From an uncultured Chloroflexia bacterium (GTDB lineage: Bacteria; Chloroflexota; Chloroflexia; QHBQ01; JADMIH01), in assembly GCA_963797095.1 (NCBI GenBank), contig CAWCNY010000003.1, positions 768,001 through 832,000 on the forward strand: 64,000 nucleotides of DNA. Reading direction: 5' to 3'. This document shows, in pieces, positions 10,279 through 21,600 of the stretch (position 1 is the first letter of the stretch; every line of letters starts with the position of its first letter). The translations under genes were made by a program, and so were the position numbers. The notes under the pieces were generated by a model, which was not told the origin of the DNA, ran no database searches, and saw only the letters and a program-made list of their open reading frames with translations.

Positions 10279-10806
10279 ATGAGCAACACATCTTTATCAC
10301 AGGAGAGGCCAAAAGTTGGGTCGGTCGTAGAGCTGGCCCGCGAGGTCGCGGGAATACAAGCACCCGCAGGCAGGTCTGGCATACGTGCGAAGCTCGGCCC
10401 CGGCGTGGTACAAGAGATCGGTATGGATGGCGTGATCGGCGAGGTTCGAGTACACTGGCCCTCTGCTGAGCTCGATACGTGGGTCGCCGTCGAGGATCTA
10501 GAGCCGACCGGCCCACAAGCACGCCTGGTGGCGATATACAGGTACGGTGCAGGTGGGCATCGCATATTGGACAGGTGCAAGGTAGTCAGTGACAGGGGTC
10601 TCAACTACAACTGGACAGTTGAGCTTTTCCCCGGAAACATAGTAAGGACGGTGCGCTCGGACGGGCTGGCCTGGACGTTCGATTGGAATCCGATGGTCGA
10701 AAGAGCCCAACCACACGGCACGATCATAGAAGATGAACTGAAGAACGCGCTGGCGGAAGACGAGCAGGCTGAAGCCCTTACCGTGGCGGAGCTTTCGACC
10801 ACCTGA
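10279..10806 (+). CDS. Hypothetical protein
   Basis: Strong SD AGGAGG before ATG; globular composition; no family recognised. Confidence 0.75.
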   Translation: MSNTSLSQERPKVGSVVELAREVAGIQAPAGRSGIRAKLGPGVVQEIGMDGVIGEVRVHWPSAELDTWVAVEDLEPTGPQARLVAIYRYGAGGHRILDRCKVVSDRGLNYNWTVELFPGNIVRTVRSDGLAWTFDWNPMVERAQPHGTIIEDELKNALAEDEQAEALTVAELSTT

Positions 10807-10911
10807 CTTAGGGCCAAGCAGTGCTGACGATGAGCGCGGCGTCCAGGCACCGCACATCTCTCGTTACTCGCCAAGCCGAGGATAATGATGCCCGATGTTG
10901 CGCGTCGAGGT

Positions 10912-11367
10912 TCAGCGTGTCCCTGGTTTTGAATCACCCTCGAGAATCTCCTTCATCCGTATGAGGCTCTGCTGATTCTCTGCCGGAACCTGCTCCTTCC
11001 GCATCAACAGTATCTGCTCTCCCAAAGTACCAATCGGTTCAAAGCGGACGCGCTGCACGAGATGCGTGCCGCCGTTTCGCGGGCTTAGGGCAAAAGACCA
11101 ACGCGTCCGAAAGACCTGGTGATCGGTGGACTCCCAACCGATCAGGGAGGGGGCTTCGAGCGCGGTGATGCGTGCGAAGCTCACAAGTTCCTGCGGCAAC
11201 GTTTCGCTGGCTTTGAATTCGGTGCCAACCCCAACCGGTCCTGGCGTAACTTGCTCCAGCACCGCCACGCTCATAGACCATTCAGCGTGCCGGCCGAAAT
11301 CCGCCAGATAACGATACACTTCGTCAGGCGGCGCGTCTATGTCGATACTTTCTTCATGTTCCCACAT
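10912..11367 (-). CDS. SRPBCC (polyketide cyclase/dehydrase) family protein
   Basis: ESIDIDAPPDEVYRYLADF..GPVGVGTEF motif; SD GGAGGGG. Confidence 0.85.
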   Translation of the reverse strand: MWEHEESIDIDAPPDEVYRYLADFGRHAEWSMSVAVLEQVTPGPVGVGTEFKASETLPQELVSFARITALEAPSLIGWESTDHQVFRTRWSFALSPRNGGTHLVQRVRFEPIGTLGEQILLMRKEQVPAENQQSLIRMKEILEGDSKPGTR

Positions 11368-11368
11368 G

Positions 11369-13141
11369 TTATCCCCCTCCGATGATATTTCGTACTTGAG
11401 CTAAAGCCAGGAACGAATCGCGCAGTGCCTGCAAGGGCACCTGCTCCGCGATACGTGTTATGATGTCGCGCGCCTGGTCGCGGCAGGCATCTGCATCGAG
11501 CGCATTTCCAAGCTCGCTTTCGATCTCCGCCAGTGCGCCGAGGATTTGCCACAAATCCCAACGCGCTCCCAGCGCTTCAGCTTCGACACGCCCCTGTCTC
11601 AAGCTCTCACGTGCGGCTTCAGTTTGTCCGAGCGCTCGCTGCGCCAGCGCCAGAATGTATAGCACCTCAGGAACGAGCGGGCGTGCACCGAAAGTGCGCA
11701 ACCGGTCGAGCCACGGCGGCGCGAGATCTATGACGCCTGAATAGTCATTTTGCGCGTTGATAAGCTGGATCTTCCCGAAAGTTATGTAGGCCGAAAAGAG
11801 CGGATCGTAGTTTTGTTCCTTGCCTTCATACGATCCCATGTGAGATGCAGCTTGATCCAATTTACCAGCCAGCAAAAGGGTTTGGACGAGCGACACTGCC
11901 GCATAAGGGCTAAGTGCCTCATAATTCGCAACTGCAAACTCAAGCGCGCGCTCCGCTAAGTCTATACCATGCTCGGTTGCGCCCAGCCTGGCGTAAACTA
12001 CTGCTAGGTCAGAGCGCGTCATCACTTGCGGGATTAGATAACCCGACACTTCGCTCAAGCGTAGCGTTTCCTCCATCGACGCGATCGCTCGTCCCGGATC
12101 GCCCCATGCCCAATAAACAATGCCCAGCGTGGATAGACTGTAGGTTTGCCCCCACAGATTGCCTATCTCTTGACTGATTTTGAGGGCTTCTTCGCCCGCC
12201 TGGAGCGTCATCTGGTAATCGCCGCGAAAGCTCTCACTTTGTGCCATCGTCGCGAGGCTATCCGCGAGCATGGGGAGGTTGTCGAGTTCGCGCCACAGAC
12301 GGCTCGCTTCCTCGATGGTTACTTTTGCCTGGTCGAAATCCCCGATAAAGGTATAGACATGGGAGGCATCGTTGAGGGTGAACGCCAATTGCTCGCGCAG
12401 GTCCAGATCGCGCGCGATGGCCGCCGACTGTTCACCGGCGGTAAGGGCTTCAGCCAATCGATTCGTAAAACGGTAAAGATTGAGCAGGTCCCAGAAAACT
12501 TTGGCCTCGACCGCGCGGTCTCCCAACTCCCGCGCCAGATGTGCTGTGCGGTTTGCCAGGTCCTCCCCCAGGTCTGGATTGAACTCCGGATTCGGTGTGC
12601 AGCGGATCTGGCACTGCGCCGCCAGGGCCGCCAACTCCAGGCCGCGATCACCGCGCGTCCGGGCGAGTGCTTGCATCTCCTCATAGTAGTCCAGCGCAGC
12701 TTTAAACTGCGAGGATAATTCCAGTACGCGCCCACGGCGCAGGAGTAGATCGCACAGCAATTGGCTGCTCGCGTCCGGGTCACGCCGTACAAGATCCAGG
12801 GCGCGGGTGTAATGAGCTAAGGCCTCGATGTTGGCATTGACGCGCATGGCTACATCGCCTGCTCGCATCGAGAACTCCACGGCCTTCGCCTCATTGCCGG
12901 CCTCGGCATGGTGCTGCGCCAACACCGGGGCGTACTCGTCCAATTGATCGGCATAGATCTGCTCTATCGCTTCTGCCACGTGGCGATAAATCCTGCGCCT
13001 CGTTTGTTTCAACAACGTGGCGTACGCCGTCTCTTGTGTGAGCGCGTGCTTGAATATGTAGGCCGGGTCAGGATCGTGAGTGCGGCGCACCAGTTGTGCG
13101 GTTTCAAGTTGGGTGAGTTGCTTTTCAATTGATGGTGTCAT
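11369..13141 (-). CDS. Winged-helix + TPR protein (C-terminal half of a cyclase-STAND-TPR architecture)
   Basis: YIFKHALTQETAYATLL..LAQHHAEAG motif followed by many TPR-like helical repeats. Confidence 0.85.
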   Translation of the reverse strand: MTPSIEKQLTQLETAQLVRRTHDPDPAYIFKHALTQETAYATLLKQTRRRIYRHVAEAIEQIYADQLDEYAPVLAQHHAEAGNEAKAVEFSMRAGDVAMRVNANIEALAHYTRALDLVRRDPDASSQLLCDLLLRRGRVLELSSQFKAALDYYEEMQALARTRGDRGLELAALAAQCQIRCTPNPEFNPDLGEDLANRTAHLARELGDRAVEAKVFWDLLNLYRFTNRLAEALTAGEQSAAIARDLDLREQLAFTLNDASHVYTFIGDFDQAKVTIEEASRLWRELDNLPMLADSLATMAQSESFRGDYQMTLQAGEEALKISQEIGNLWGQTYSLSTLGIVYWAWGDPGRAIASMEETLRLSEVSGYLIPQVMTRSDLAVVYARLGATEHGIDLAERALEFAVANYEALSPYAAVSLVQTLLLAGKLDQAASHMGSYEGKEQNYDPLFSAYITFGKIQLINAQNDYSGVIDLAPPWLDRLRTFGARPLVPEVLYILALAQRALGQTEAARESLRQGRVEAEALGARWDLWQILGALAEIESELGNALDADACRDQARDIITRIAEQVPLQALRDSFLALAQVRNIIGGG

Positions 13142-15051
13142 TCTCGCGCCGCCTGCATTTCCAAAACACGCTCCAGCACTTTGACGTTGAATTTGCGCCC
13201 GATCACCGCCGCGATTTGCAGGGTGCGTTTCGCCACTTCGGACAGTTGATCCATGCGAGCAGTCAACACACCTTGCAGGGTGTCGGGGATTTCGACGCTC
13301 ATTTCACGCGTAACCGTCCACTGACCGGATTGGAACGTAATGCCGCCGCGATCAATCAGCATCCGCAAAACTTCTTCCACGAAGAACGGATTGCCTTCAG
13401 CTTTGGCGAGAATCAACTGCCGCAGCAATTCGGGCAGCGCTTCGAAATTGAGCAAGTTGTTGATAAGCTGCTGGCTGTCCTTCTCCGAAAGGGGTGCGAG
13501 GTATAGCTCGGTGGCGCCTATGCCCGCGATTTCGCGCGCCTGCGTTATCAATTTCCAGCCCGCCGATGTTTGGTCGTTGCGCGTGACAAAGACAAAAACG
13601 ACCGGGGCGCTCGCCGCGAGTGGAGTAATTTGCGTGCAGAGTTCAATCGATGAGGGGTCTGCCCAGTGTATATCCTCGCACACAATGACGAGTGGCGCGG
13701 TGTGCGACAGCGTTTGCAGGAATCTTTTGTAGGCGGCGATGTACTGCGCTTGCAGGGCGGGGCCTTCGAGGTATTTCACCCGTGCCGCCGCGTCGTCTTC
13801 CAATCTCAATCCGAGCAAATGCCCCAGGAAAGGATAGATTTCTCTACCGTCGGGACCCAAAGAGTTGAGGGTGTGCCGGAGCGCGGCGTGTGTCTCTTCT
13901 TCCGACGAGCCTGCCGGAGCGCCGATCAGCGCGCGCAAAATCTCGGTGCTGAGGTGGTGGGCAATCGACGCGGCATACGAGAGACAGCGTGCTTCTATCC
14001 AGCGCACCGGGGCTTCCGGCTCGGTGAAAGCGGCTTTGCGCCATTCGGCGATCAGACGTGACTTACCCAGTCCGGCCTCGCCAATCACAGCGATAATCGA
14101 GCCACGTCCCAGGCGCGCGTCCGAAATGACTTGCAACAATGTCGAGAATTCTCGCTGGCGACCGACCATCGGCGAATCCAGCCCCGCGATACCGCGCCTC
14201 TGAGTGACGCCCTTGCGCTCACCGATCGGTCGATACGTTTGGATCGGTTCTTCTTTGCCTTTAACGGCGATCTTGCCGCAATCCTCGAATTCAAACAATG
14301 GCGCGATCAGCCTCTGCGTGCTCTCTGAGATGAGGATCGTGTTCGGTTCGGCGGCGGTCTGCATCCGCGAGGCGAGGTTGATTGCATCGCCCATCGCGGT
14401 GTACTCCGATTTCAAGTCGCTGCCGATATTGCCTACAACGACGAGTCCGGTGTTAAGACCGATGCGAACGCCGAAGTCCAGACCTCTTTCCGATTGCAGT
14501 TTTTCGCGGTACCGGTTCATCCCGGAGAGAATAGCCAGCGCGGCCAGCACTCCGCGCTGTGGGTCGTCTTCGTGCGCAATCGGTGCGCCGAAGAAGGCCA
14601 GGATAGCATCACCCATTAGCCGTGCGACTATGCCTTCGTAACGGTAAATAGGCTCGATAAGAAATTCGAACGCGCTGTTCATAATCTCGGCCCAGTCTTC
14701 CGGGTCGAGTTTCTCCGCCAGCGCTGTCGAGCCTTTGATATCGGCAAAGAGAATCGTGACGATGCGGCGCTCGCCTTCGATACTGCCTGTGAGCGCGGCG
14801 GCGATCTTCGACGCTATCTCTTTTATCACATAGCGGTCGATTAACGCTTGGGGTGAAGCGGCGGCGCGAGCGGACGTGGGTGCGGGCGCGGCCTGCGCGG
14901 CTTGCAGCGTGTAGCCGCAGTTCTTGCAAAAGCGAGCACCCTGCGAAACGAGCTTGCCGCAGTTAGGGCATTTCATCTCCAACGGCTTACCACAGTTCTC
15001 GCAGAACTTAGCGTCACCGGGATTTTCAAAAGAGCAGTTGAAGCACTTCAT
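13138..15051 (-). CDS. Double zinc ribbon + class III adenylate/guanylate cyclase + STAND (AAA_16-like) ATPase
   Basis: Four CxxC motifs; ILFADIKGST, MGDAILAFFG and GDAINLASR cyclase motifs; Walker A GEAGLGKS; Walker B IVCEDIHW; GNPFFVEE. Confidence 0.92.
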   Translation of the reverse strand: MKCFNCSFENPGDAKFCENCGKPLEMKCPNCGKLVSQGARFCKNCGYTLQAAQAAPAPTSARAAASPQALIDRYVIKEIASKIAAALTGSIEGERRIVTILFADIKGSTALAEKLDPEDWAEIMNSAFEFLIEPIYRYEGIVARLMGDAILAFFGAPIAHEDDPQRGVLAALAILSGMNRYREKLQSERGLDFGVRIGLNTGLVVVGNIGSDLKSEYTAMGDAINLASRMQTAAEPNTILISESTQRLIAPLFEFEDCGKIAVKGKEEPIQTYRPIGERKGVTQRRGIAGLDSPMVGRQREFSTLLQVISDARLGRGSIIAVIGEAGLGKSRLIAEWRKAAFTEPEAPVRWIEARCLSYAASIAHHLSTEILRALIGAPAGSSEEETHAALRHTLNSLGPDGREIYPFLGHLLGLRLEDDAAARVKYLEGPALQAQYIAAYKRFLQTLSHTAPLVIVCEDIHWADPSSIELCTQITPLAASAPVVFVFVTRNDQTSAGWKLITQAREIAGIGATELYLAPLSEKDSQQLINNLLNFEALPELLRQLILAKAEGNPFFVEEVLRMLIDRGGITFQSGQWTVTREMSVEIPDTLQGVLTARMDQLSEVAKRTLQIAAVIGRKFNVKVLERVLEMQAARE

Positions 15052-15360
15052 CGAAAACTCTTTACCGGTCAGCTTCGGCAGACCACACGAGCCTTATACA
15101 CGGCGGTTAATACTCGCCGAGCACGCCCCTCAGTGTATTACATATTTCGCCTAATGTCACGGTGTCTTTGACGCACGCCAGGATACCGAGCAACAAATTC
15201 TCAGTCTATCTGGCGGCTACTCACCCACTCACCTTTGGAAAAAAGTAACGCTGATATGAAGCGTCAGAGCTCAGCGCAGCAGGTCGTGTGCGCTGAGGTT
15301 GGATCGCCACTGTGCTTCTCGGCCAGCTGGCCCGCACCATCCAAATCGCTTGCTCCCTTC

Positions 15361-18069
15361 TCACGAAGCAATGCCCTCTGAGATGGCATCCTCCAGGCTC
15401 AGATTTGTGCCATAGCCATACGCCTGCTCGTAAACAGCCTGCCCCAGGCACGAACGAACCGTCGAGGTCAACCTGTCTCGGACGGTAGCCCGGACAGGAA
15501 CAATCCTGGAGTTAAGTTCGACGCGGGCAGTCTCTGCGGCACCGAGTAAGGTAGCTGCGCGTCGAAGTCGGTCTTGGTTGCCTATTTCTCGCCTTTTGCT
15601 CCCGCTCGGAGCGTGCTCTTCGGCTTTGCCATCTTTGCCATCGCTCAGGCCGCTCAGAGCCAGCTCTATTTCCGCCAATCCTTCCAGGCTGTCCGCCACC
15701 CTGTGCATGGCTCCGCTCCTCGCCAACTTCAGACTTTCCCGGAAGAGCGCTGCAGCCCTGGCGTAGTCGCCCAATCCCATCGTCGCGAACGCCAGGGCAG
15801 AGATGCTCCAACTTGGGGTCAACCGCAACTTGGCACGCTTCGCGAGCGCGATTGATTCCTCAAGGCAGCGAGCGGCGCGGGCGTACTCTCCCCGGTAGCA
15901 TAGCATCGCGCCCAGGTCGCGAAGCGCTCCATGGGTGACATACGTGTCCCCTAACCGCTTGCCTATGCCGAGACCCTCTTCCAGCAAAGACACCGCCCGC
16001 TCTAAATCTCCGCCGTCGCCTGATGCATTTCCAAGCGCCCACAGCGAGTTGGCGAGAAACAACTCTTGCCCGCGCGCTCGGCTGGTCCGCACGCATTCCT
16101 CGTATAAGGACCGCGCCCTGGCGTAGTCCCCCTGCATTCTGGCTACATTTCCCAGGTAAAGGCGGGCATGTTGTGCTACACTCTCCAGGTCAAACTTTTC
16201 TGATATCGAGAAGGCCTCTTCCAGTCGTGCCCGGGCCGTCAGGTAATCGCACATGTAGACACTCATCATAGCGGCGCTCATGAGCAGTTCCGCTTGCTTG
16301 GCCGCCCGCTCAGGATCTGCCCTGGCCGCCTCGGCTTGCGCCGAAATAACCTGCAACAGCCAGTCGCGGCTCTCTCTAAAATAGCCTCGCAGGTGCCAGT
16401 AGCGAGACAGGGCGATGCCGAGCCGGGAAGCCATGTCCAACCGCTGGTTGTCGATAGTCCAGGTCAGCACGGCCCTCAGGTTGTCGTAGTCAGCGTCCAG
16501 GCGGCTATAGACCCCTATTTCGCTTTCACCGAAGGAGGCAAGAGGGATGCTTGAGGCTATTGCAAGGTAATACTCGGCGTGCAGCAGCCTCAGGTCGTCC
16601 AGTTCGTCGCTCTCCGCCAGACGTTCCAGGGCGTATTCGCGAATCGTTTCCAGCATGGTAAATCGCGGCTCGTCGCCTGCCATCTCGGAGTGGCTGAGCT
16701 CTTTCTTCAGCAGGTTCTTGTGCAATAGCTGCGACACTCCTTCAAACATCCCGAAGCTGAGATCTGAACGAGCGTTGCATACAGCATCCGCCCCCGCCAG
16801 CGTGAAACTCCCTCGAAATACCCCCAACCGTCTGAACAACACCTGCTCGTCGCCGCTCAACAGGCTGTAGCTCCAACCAATGGCGTCCCGCAGGGTTTTG
16901 TGCCTTTCGGGAAGATCACGCGCCCCACCCGCGAGCAGGTCCAACGGCCCGTGATGCTCTTGCCGTTCTTGCATGCTTGCCGCATGCACATGCGCGTCCT
17001 GCAGCCGAGCCAGCAGCGATTTCAGCGGCAGCATCTTCGTGCGAGCCGCCACCAATTCGATAGCCAGCGGCAGCCCATCCAGCCGGGCGCAGATAGCGGC
17101 CACCAGCAGAACTGTCTCACGTGTGAGCTTGAAGAGCCTCTCGATCGCCCGGGCGCGCTCAACGAAGAGGGCCACAGCCGGGATTTCAGCCAGCGCCTCT
17201 GCGGTCATGCGGTCGATCTGGTCCGCACCCGGCACAGGCAGAGGCAACACGCTGAACTCCTGCTCCCCCCGCAACTTCAGCGCCTCCCGGCTCGTGACCA
17301 CGATCTTGAGGTGCTGGCAAGCCGCCAGCAAAGAGGCGATATCGGGAGCCGCTTGCACCACCTGCTCAAAATTGTCGAGCAGCAGCAGAGTGCGCCTGTG
17401 CCTCAGGAATCGCTTGAGAGTATCGATCAAGGGCTGAGCGCCCGTCTCTTGCAGGTCGAGGGCCCGCGCTATCGCCGGTATGACCATCTCGGGGTCGCTC
17501 AGGGAAGCAAGAGGCACCCAGAATATCCCATCCTCGATCTCACGAGCAGCCAGCGAGAGATCGTACTCCCCCGGCAATGCTTCGCCGTCCGCCAATGCAA
17601 GTTGCGCACCTACTTGCAGGGCCAGGCTGGTCTTACCGATGCCGGGCGGGCCGGTCAGCGTTAGCAGGCGTGTATCACCTCGGAGCAGCATTTCCCGAAC
17701 AGCAGCCAGTTCCTCGCCGCGCCCAATAAGCGGAGTGGGCTGAACGGGAAGATTGTTCGGACCTGTGATGGGTGACCGGTGACCCGCGTCCAACGACCGG
17801 TCGTCGCCCGTCGCCCGTCGCCCGTTGATGTGTCGGGCGGGCGAGGTTCCCCTGGCAAGTGTTACGAACGATTCGCGCTCACCCTCCGCTATGCGCAGGC
17901 ACCCTGCCAGCAACTCGGCCACCTGTCTTGAAGCTCTGCGCTGCCCGTGTTCGATCAGCCGGATTGTTGTGGCCGTGCAACCCACGCAGTAAGCGAGTTG
18001 CTCCTGGGTCAGGTCCAGTTCCTTGCGGCGCTCCTTGAGCCACCGCCCGAAAGATTGAGCGTCAGCCAT
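15361..18069 (-). CDS. XRE-HTH + STAND (NB-ARC-like) ATPase + TPR regulator
   Basis: [24 protein letters not shown]; GPPGIGKT; [10 protein letters not shown]; [14 protein letters not shown]; TPRs. ORF track start is 18102; MADAQ at 18069 preferred. Confidence 0.9.
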   Translation of the reverse strand: MADAQSFGRWLKERRKELDLTQEQLAYCVGCTATTIRLIEHGQRRASRQVAELLAGCLRIAEGERESFVTLARGTSPARHINGRRATGDDRSLDAGHRSPITGPNNLPVQPTPLIGRGEELAAVREMLLRGDTRLLTLTGPPGIGKTSLALQVGAQLALADGEALPGEYDLSLAAREIEDGIFWVPLASLSDPEMVIPAIARALDLQETGAQPLIDTLKRFLRHRRTLLLLDNFEQVVQAAPDIASLLAACQHLKIVVTSREALKLRGEQEFSVLPLPVPGADQIDRMTAEALAEIPAVALFVERARAIERLFKLTRETVLLVAAICARLDGLPLAIELVAARTKMLPLKSLLARLQDAHVHAASMQERQEHHGPLDLLAGGARDLPERHKTLRDAIGWSYSLLSGDEQVLFRRLGVFRGSFTLAGADAVCNARSDLSFGMFEGVSQLLHKNLLKKELSHSEMAGDEPRFTMLETIREYALERLAESDELDDLRLLHAEYYLAIASSIPLASFGESEIGVYSRLDADYDNLRAVLTWTIDNQRLDMASRLGIALSRYWHLRGYFRESRDWLLQVISAQAEAARADPERAAKQAELLMSAAMMSVYMCDYLTARARLEEAFSISEKFDLESVAQHARLYLGNVARMQGDYARARSLYEECVRTSRARGQELFLANSLWALGNASGDGGDLERAVSLLEEGLGIGKRLGDTYVTHGALRDLGAMLCYRGEYARAARCLEESIALAKRAKLRLTPSWSISALAFATMGLGDYARAAALFRESLKLARSGAMHRVADSLEGLAEIELALSGLSDGKDGKAEEHAPSGSKRREIGNQDRLRRAATLLGAAETARVELNSRIVPVRATVRDRLTSTVRSCLGQAVYEQAYGYGTNLSLEDAISEGIAS

Positions 18070-18118
18070 GAGTGCGTTCCATGCCCGTATCTTGAGCGAC
18101 ATACATCGCGCGAATCAG

Positions 18119-18155
18119 GTTCGGTTTTTGTTCGGTTTTTGTTGTGACCATTATA
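18119..18155. promoter_or_regulatory. 11-bp tandem direct repeat (GTTCGGTTTTT x2, then GTT) next to a minus-strand TATAAT
   Basis: Copies at 18119 and 18130; ATTATA at 18150-18155 reads TATAAT towards the XRE-STAND gene. Confidence 0.55.
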
Positions 18156-18296
18156 GCCTCACTCGCGCTTTAATGTAAGTGCCGGGACCCCGCCCGCCTC
18201 CGAGCGCCGGAGCCCGTAATCTATGCGAGGCGTGACGCTAAACGAAACGCTTAAGAGGCCCGGCGAGGGAGGCTTCAAGTGGAAGAAGGCAAAGAT

Positions 18297-18536
18297 ATGA
18301 GTTCATCACATCTATTCCTGGTGCGGTTGTGGCTGGAAGGGGGAGATGCTGAACGCAGTCCCTGGAAGTTTCGGGTGCAGCACGTCAATACTGGGAAGAC
18401 AGGCACATCCGATGGGGAGACATCGCTTATGGACCTGCTCGTTTCGATGGTACCCCACTCGAATCCCACACTTGCACCGCCAAAACCTGAGTACAACTCT
18501 GACCACGTGCGCGAGAGCGGACAATCCGGTAGTTGA
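18297..18536 (+). CDS. Small hypothetical protein
   Basis: SHLFLVRLW..WKFRVQHVNTG..SLMDLL; lies between the divergent regulator and the SLH gene. Confidence 0.65.
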   Translation: MSSSHLFLVRLWLEGGDAERSPWKFRVQHVNTGKTGTSDGETSLMDLLVSMVPHSNPTLAPPKPEYNSDHVRESGQSGS

Positions 18537-18616
18537 ACCGCCAGTAATAATGTCTCCTGACGCACAGTGATGCCGAGGGCAAATGATAAACAGCATGGTA
18601 AACAGGAGGAACGGAC

Positions 18617-21600
18617 ATGCCCACAAACAACCACACCAAGCACAGAGCCGGGATCTTGGTGACTTTCATCGCCACGTTCGCGGCCCTGATCGTCCTGGGA
18701 GCGGTCATCGCGGCCGCGGACGCGGAGGGGCAAGCGTTTGCCTCGCTGCCCGCCGGCCAGGGGGATCCAGTTCACCCCCAGCAGCCCGCCCTGGCAGTGG
18801 TGTGCGTGGACAACGCACATGGCATGTATAATCCCGGCGCGCCATGCTCCAACACGACTATCACAACCACAATCGAGGCCGCCCTGGCCCTGGTGGACAG
18901 CGGCGGCGAAATTCGCGTGGCGGCCGGCAACTACGATGCAGCGGCCACCGCCACCCAGCCAGTCAGCATTGTGGGTGGGTATGCTGGGGGTGCGGGTGGC
19001 TTCGTTAGTTCCGATCCGACGACTAATGTCTCTCAACTGGGCCAAGTCACAGTGAACAGTATCATGCAGGCCTCTAACTTTACCCTTGTAGATTCGATCG
19101 CCGGTACAGGCACCCTCAACCTGGCAGGCGTTGTCACGTGGTCCAACGGACAGATGACCGGTTCCGGCAGCACCACCATACAGTCGGGAGCCGTGCTTAG
19201 CGCCACCTGGGGTAATAATCTCGTGGGCCTGTACGGGCGCAACCTCAACAACCAGGGCACCATAGTCTTCAGCACTACTCGCGCTCTCGACCTGGCTAAT
19301 GGCTCTGTGCTCACTAACAGCGGCACATTTAGCCTGCTTTCCGATATGCTCCTGAACAAAGACGGAGGGGCTACGCCTACCTTTAGCAACAATGGCGTGC
19401 TACGCAAGCCCACAGGCACACCCGACATCGCCATCACCAACAACACCAACGGCATAGACTTCCACAACACCGGTCAGATAGACATACAGTCGGGCAAACT
19501 GAGCGTGGCAGGTGGCAGCATCTACCTCGACACAGGTACAACCGTGACGGGTATGGGCTTCTTCAGCTTGCCCGACGGCACTGCCAACTTCAGCAGCGCC
19601 TCTCCTATCAGCATATCTCGTCTTGAGCTTGGTTTGAGCGGGCTTATCACAGGCACGGGCGACTTGCAGGTGACAAGCGTGTTCAGCTGGACCGGTGGCA
19701 CGATGATGGGTCCGGGCAGCATGACGATACAGTCGGGCGCTAATCTCAATGCTATTTTCAATGTGAACGGGGTAGGCACATATGGGCGCACAATCAACAA
19801 CCAGGGCACTACCGTTTACAGCACAGGCGGCAGAACGCTGGACATCGGCACAGGCACAGCTTTCAATAACAACGGCCAGTTTCAGGCCGTGAGCAATTTC
19901 CCCATAAGCAATAGCACGGGGGGCGGCAACTCCTTCTTCAACAATAACGGTTCGTTCGTGGCGCAGTCTTCCACAATCACCACGGTTGGCGCCAACGTGC
20001 AATTCACCAACAGCGGTACGGTAGATTTGCAGGTATGCACCCTCACCCTGAACGGCACATATGTCCAGGCCGCGGGTCTCACGCACCTGGATAACGCCAT
20101 CGTCGGTGGGGGGAGTACGATGACCCTGAACGGGGGCGTGCTGTCGGGCACAGGCACGATCGGCAATCCTGTTACCAATACCAACGTTAGCAACAACGGC
20201 GGCTATGTCAGCCCAGGGGATAGTCCGGGCACGCTGACCATTTACGGGGTATACACCCAGGGGGCGGGTGCGACGCTCAACATCGAGCTTGGCGGCACCA
20301 CGCCGGGCACCGGCTATGACCAACTTGCGGTGCATGGAGCGGTCACGCTGGCGGGCACCCTCAACGTGAGCGCTATCAATGGCTTTGTGCCCCTGAACGG
20401 CAACCAGTTCACGGTGTTGACATATAACTCGCGCACGGGCATGTTCACGCAAATAACGGGCGGGCAGTTCAGCGCAGCTTACAACGCCAACGACCTCACT
20501 TTGACTGTGACGGGACCTGTGGGGACGGCCACCAGCACCCCTGGCGCGACTAACACACGCACAAACACACCCACTCCTACCCGCACACCCACGACCGGGT
20601 CCACGCCCACTCACACCCCCACGAGAACGAACACGCCAACCAACGCCCCCACCAACACGCCCACCAGAACATCTACCAATGTACCCAGCGCAACAAGTAC
20701 AAATACATCCAGCGTAACACCAACCAATTTCCCGAGTGCAACTTATACAAATATCCCGACCAATACACCCACACGTACTGCTACACCTTGCCCAGAAGCC
20801 TGGAACGTGGTTACCAACCCTAATCCAGGTATTTCTAGTGCATTAAACAGCGTAGCAGTAGTGGGGCCAACCAATATATGGGCTGTTGGTAACTACTCTA
20901 ACGATGGTACTAATTACCAAACTCTGATAGAACACTGGGATGGCTCAGTATGGAGCGTAATTGCCAGCCCCAGCTTTGGTCTCTTTGATGGGCTTGAGAG
21001 TGTGGCGGCAGCGGCGGCGAACGATGTGTGGGCTGTGGGCTCCTACACAAACGATGGCACTAATTACCAAACTCTGATAGAACACTGGGATGGCTCAGCT
21101 TGGAGCGTAGTTGCCAGCCCTGGTCCCGGCACGTATTGCAATCTACGAGGAGTTGCAGTAGCAGGGGCAAACGACGTGTGGGCCGTTGGCTACTGCAGTA
21201 ATGGTAGCACTAATTACCAGACATTGATGGAGCACTGGGATGGCTCAGCTTGGAGTGTTGTTGCCAGCCCCAATCTGGGTACTTCAGATATTCTGGACAG
21301 TGTAGCAGTAGCAGCGCCGAACGACGTGTGGGCCGTTGGCTACTACGGTAACGGCGGCTCCGACCTGACGTTGGTAGAACACTGGGATGGCTCAGCATGG
21401 AGTGTTGTTGCCAGCCCCAATCCCGCTGCATCAAATTTGCTGAACGATGTGGCGGTGGCCGCGCCGAACGACGTGTGGGCCGTTGGCAATTCTAGTGGCG
21501 GAACATTGATAGAACACTGGAACGGTTCGGCGTGGGTCGTCAGCGATACCGGTGGTGGTGGCCTAGGAGGGGTAGCGGTAGCAGCGCCGAACGATGTGTG

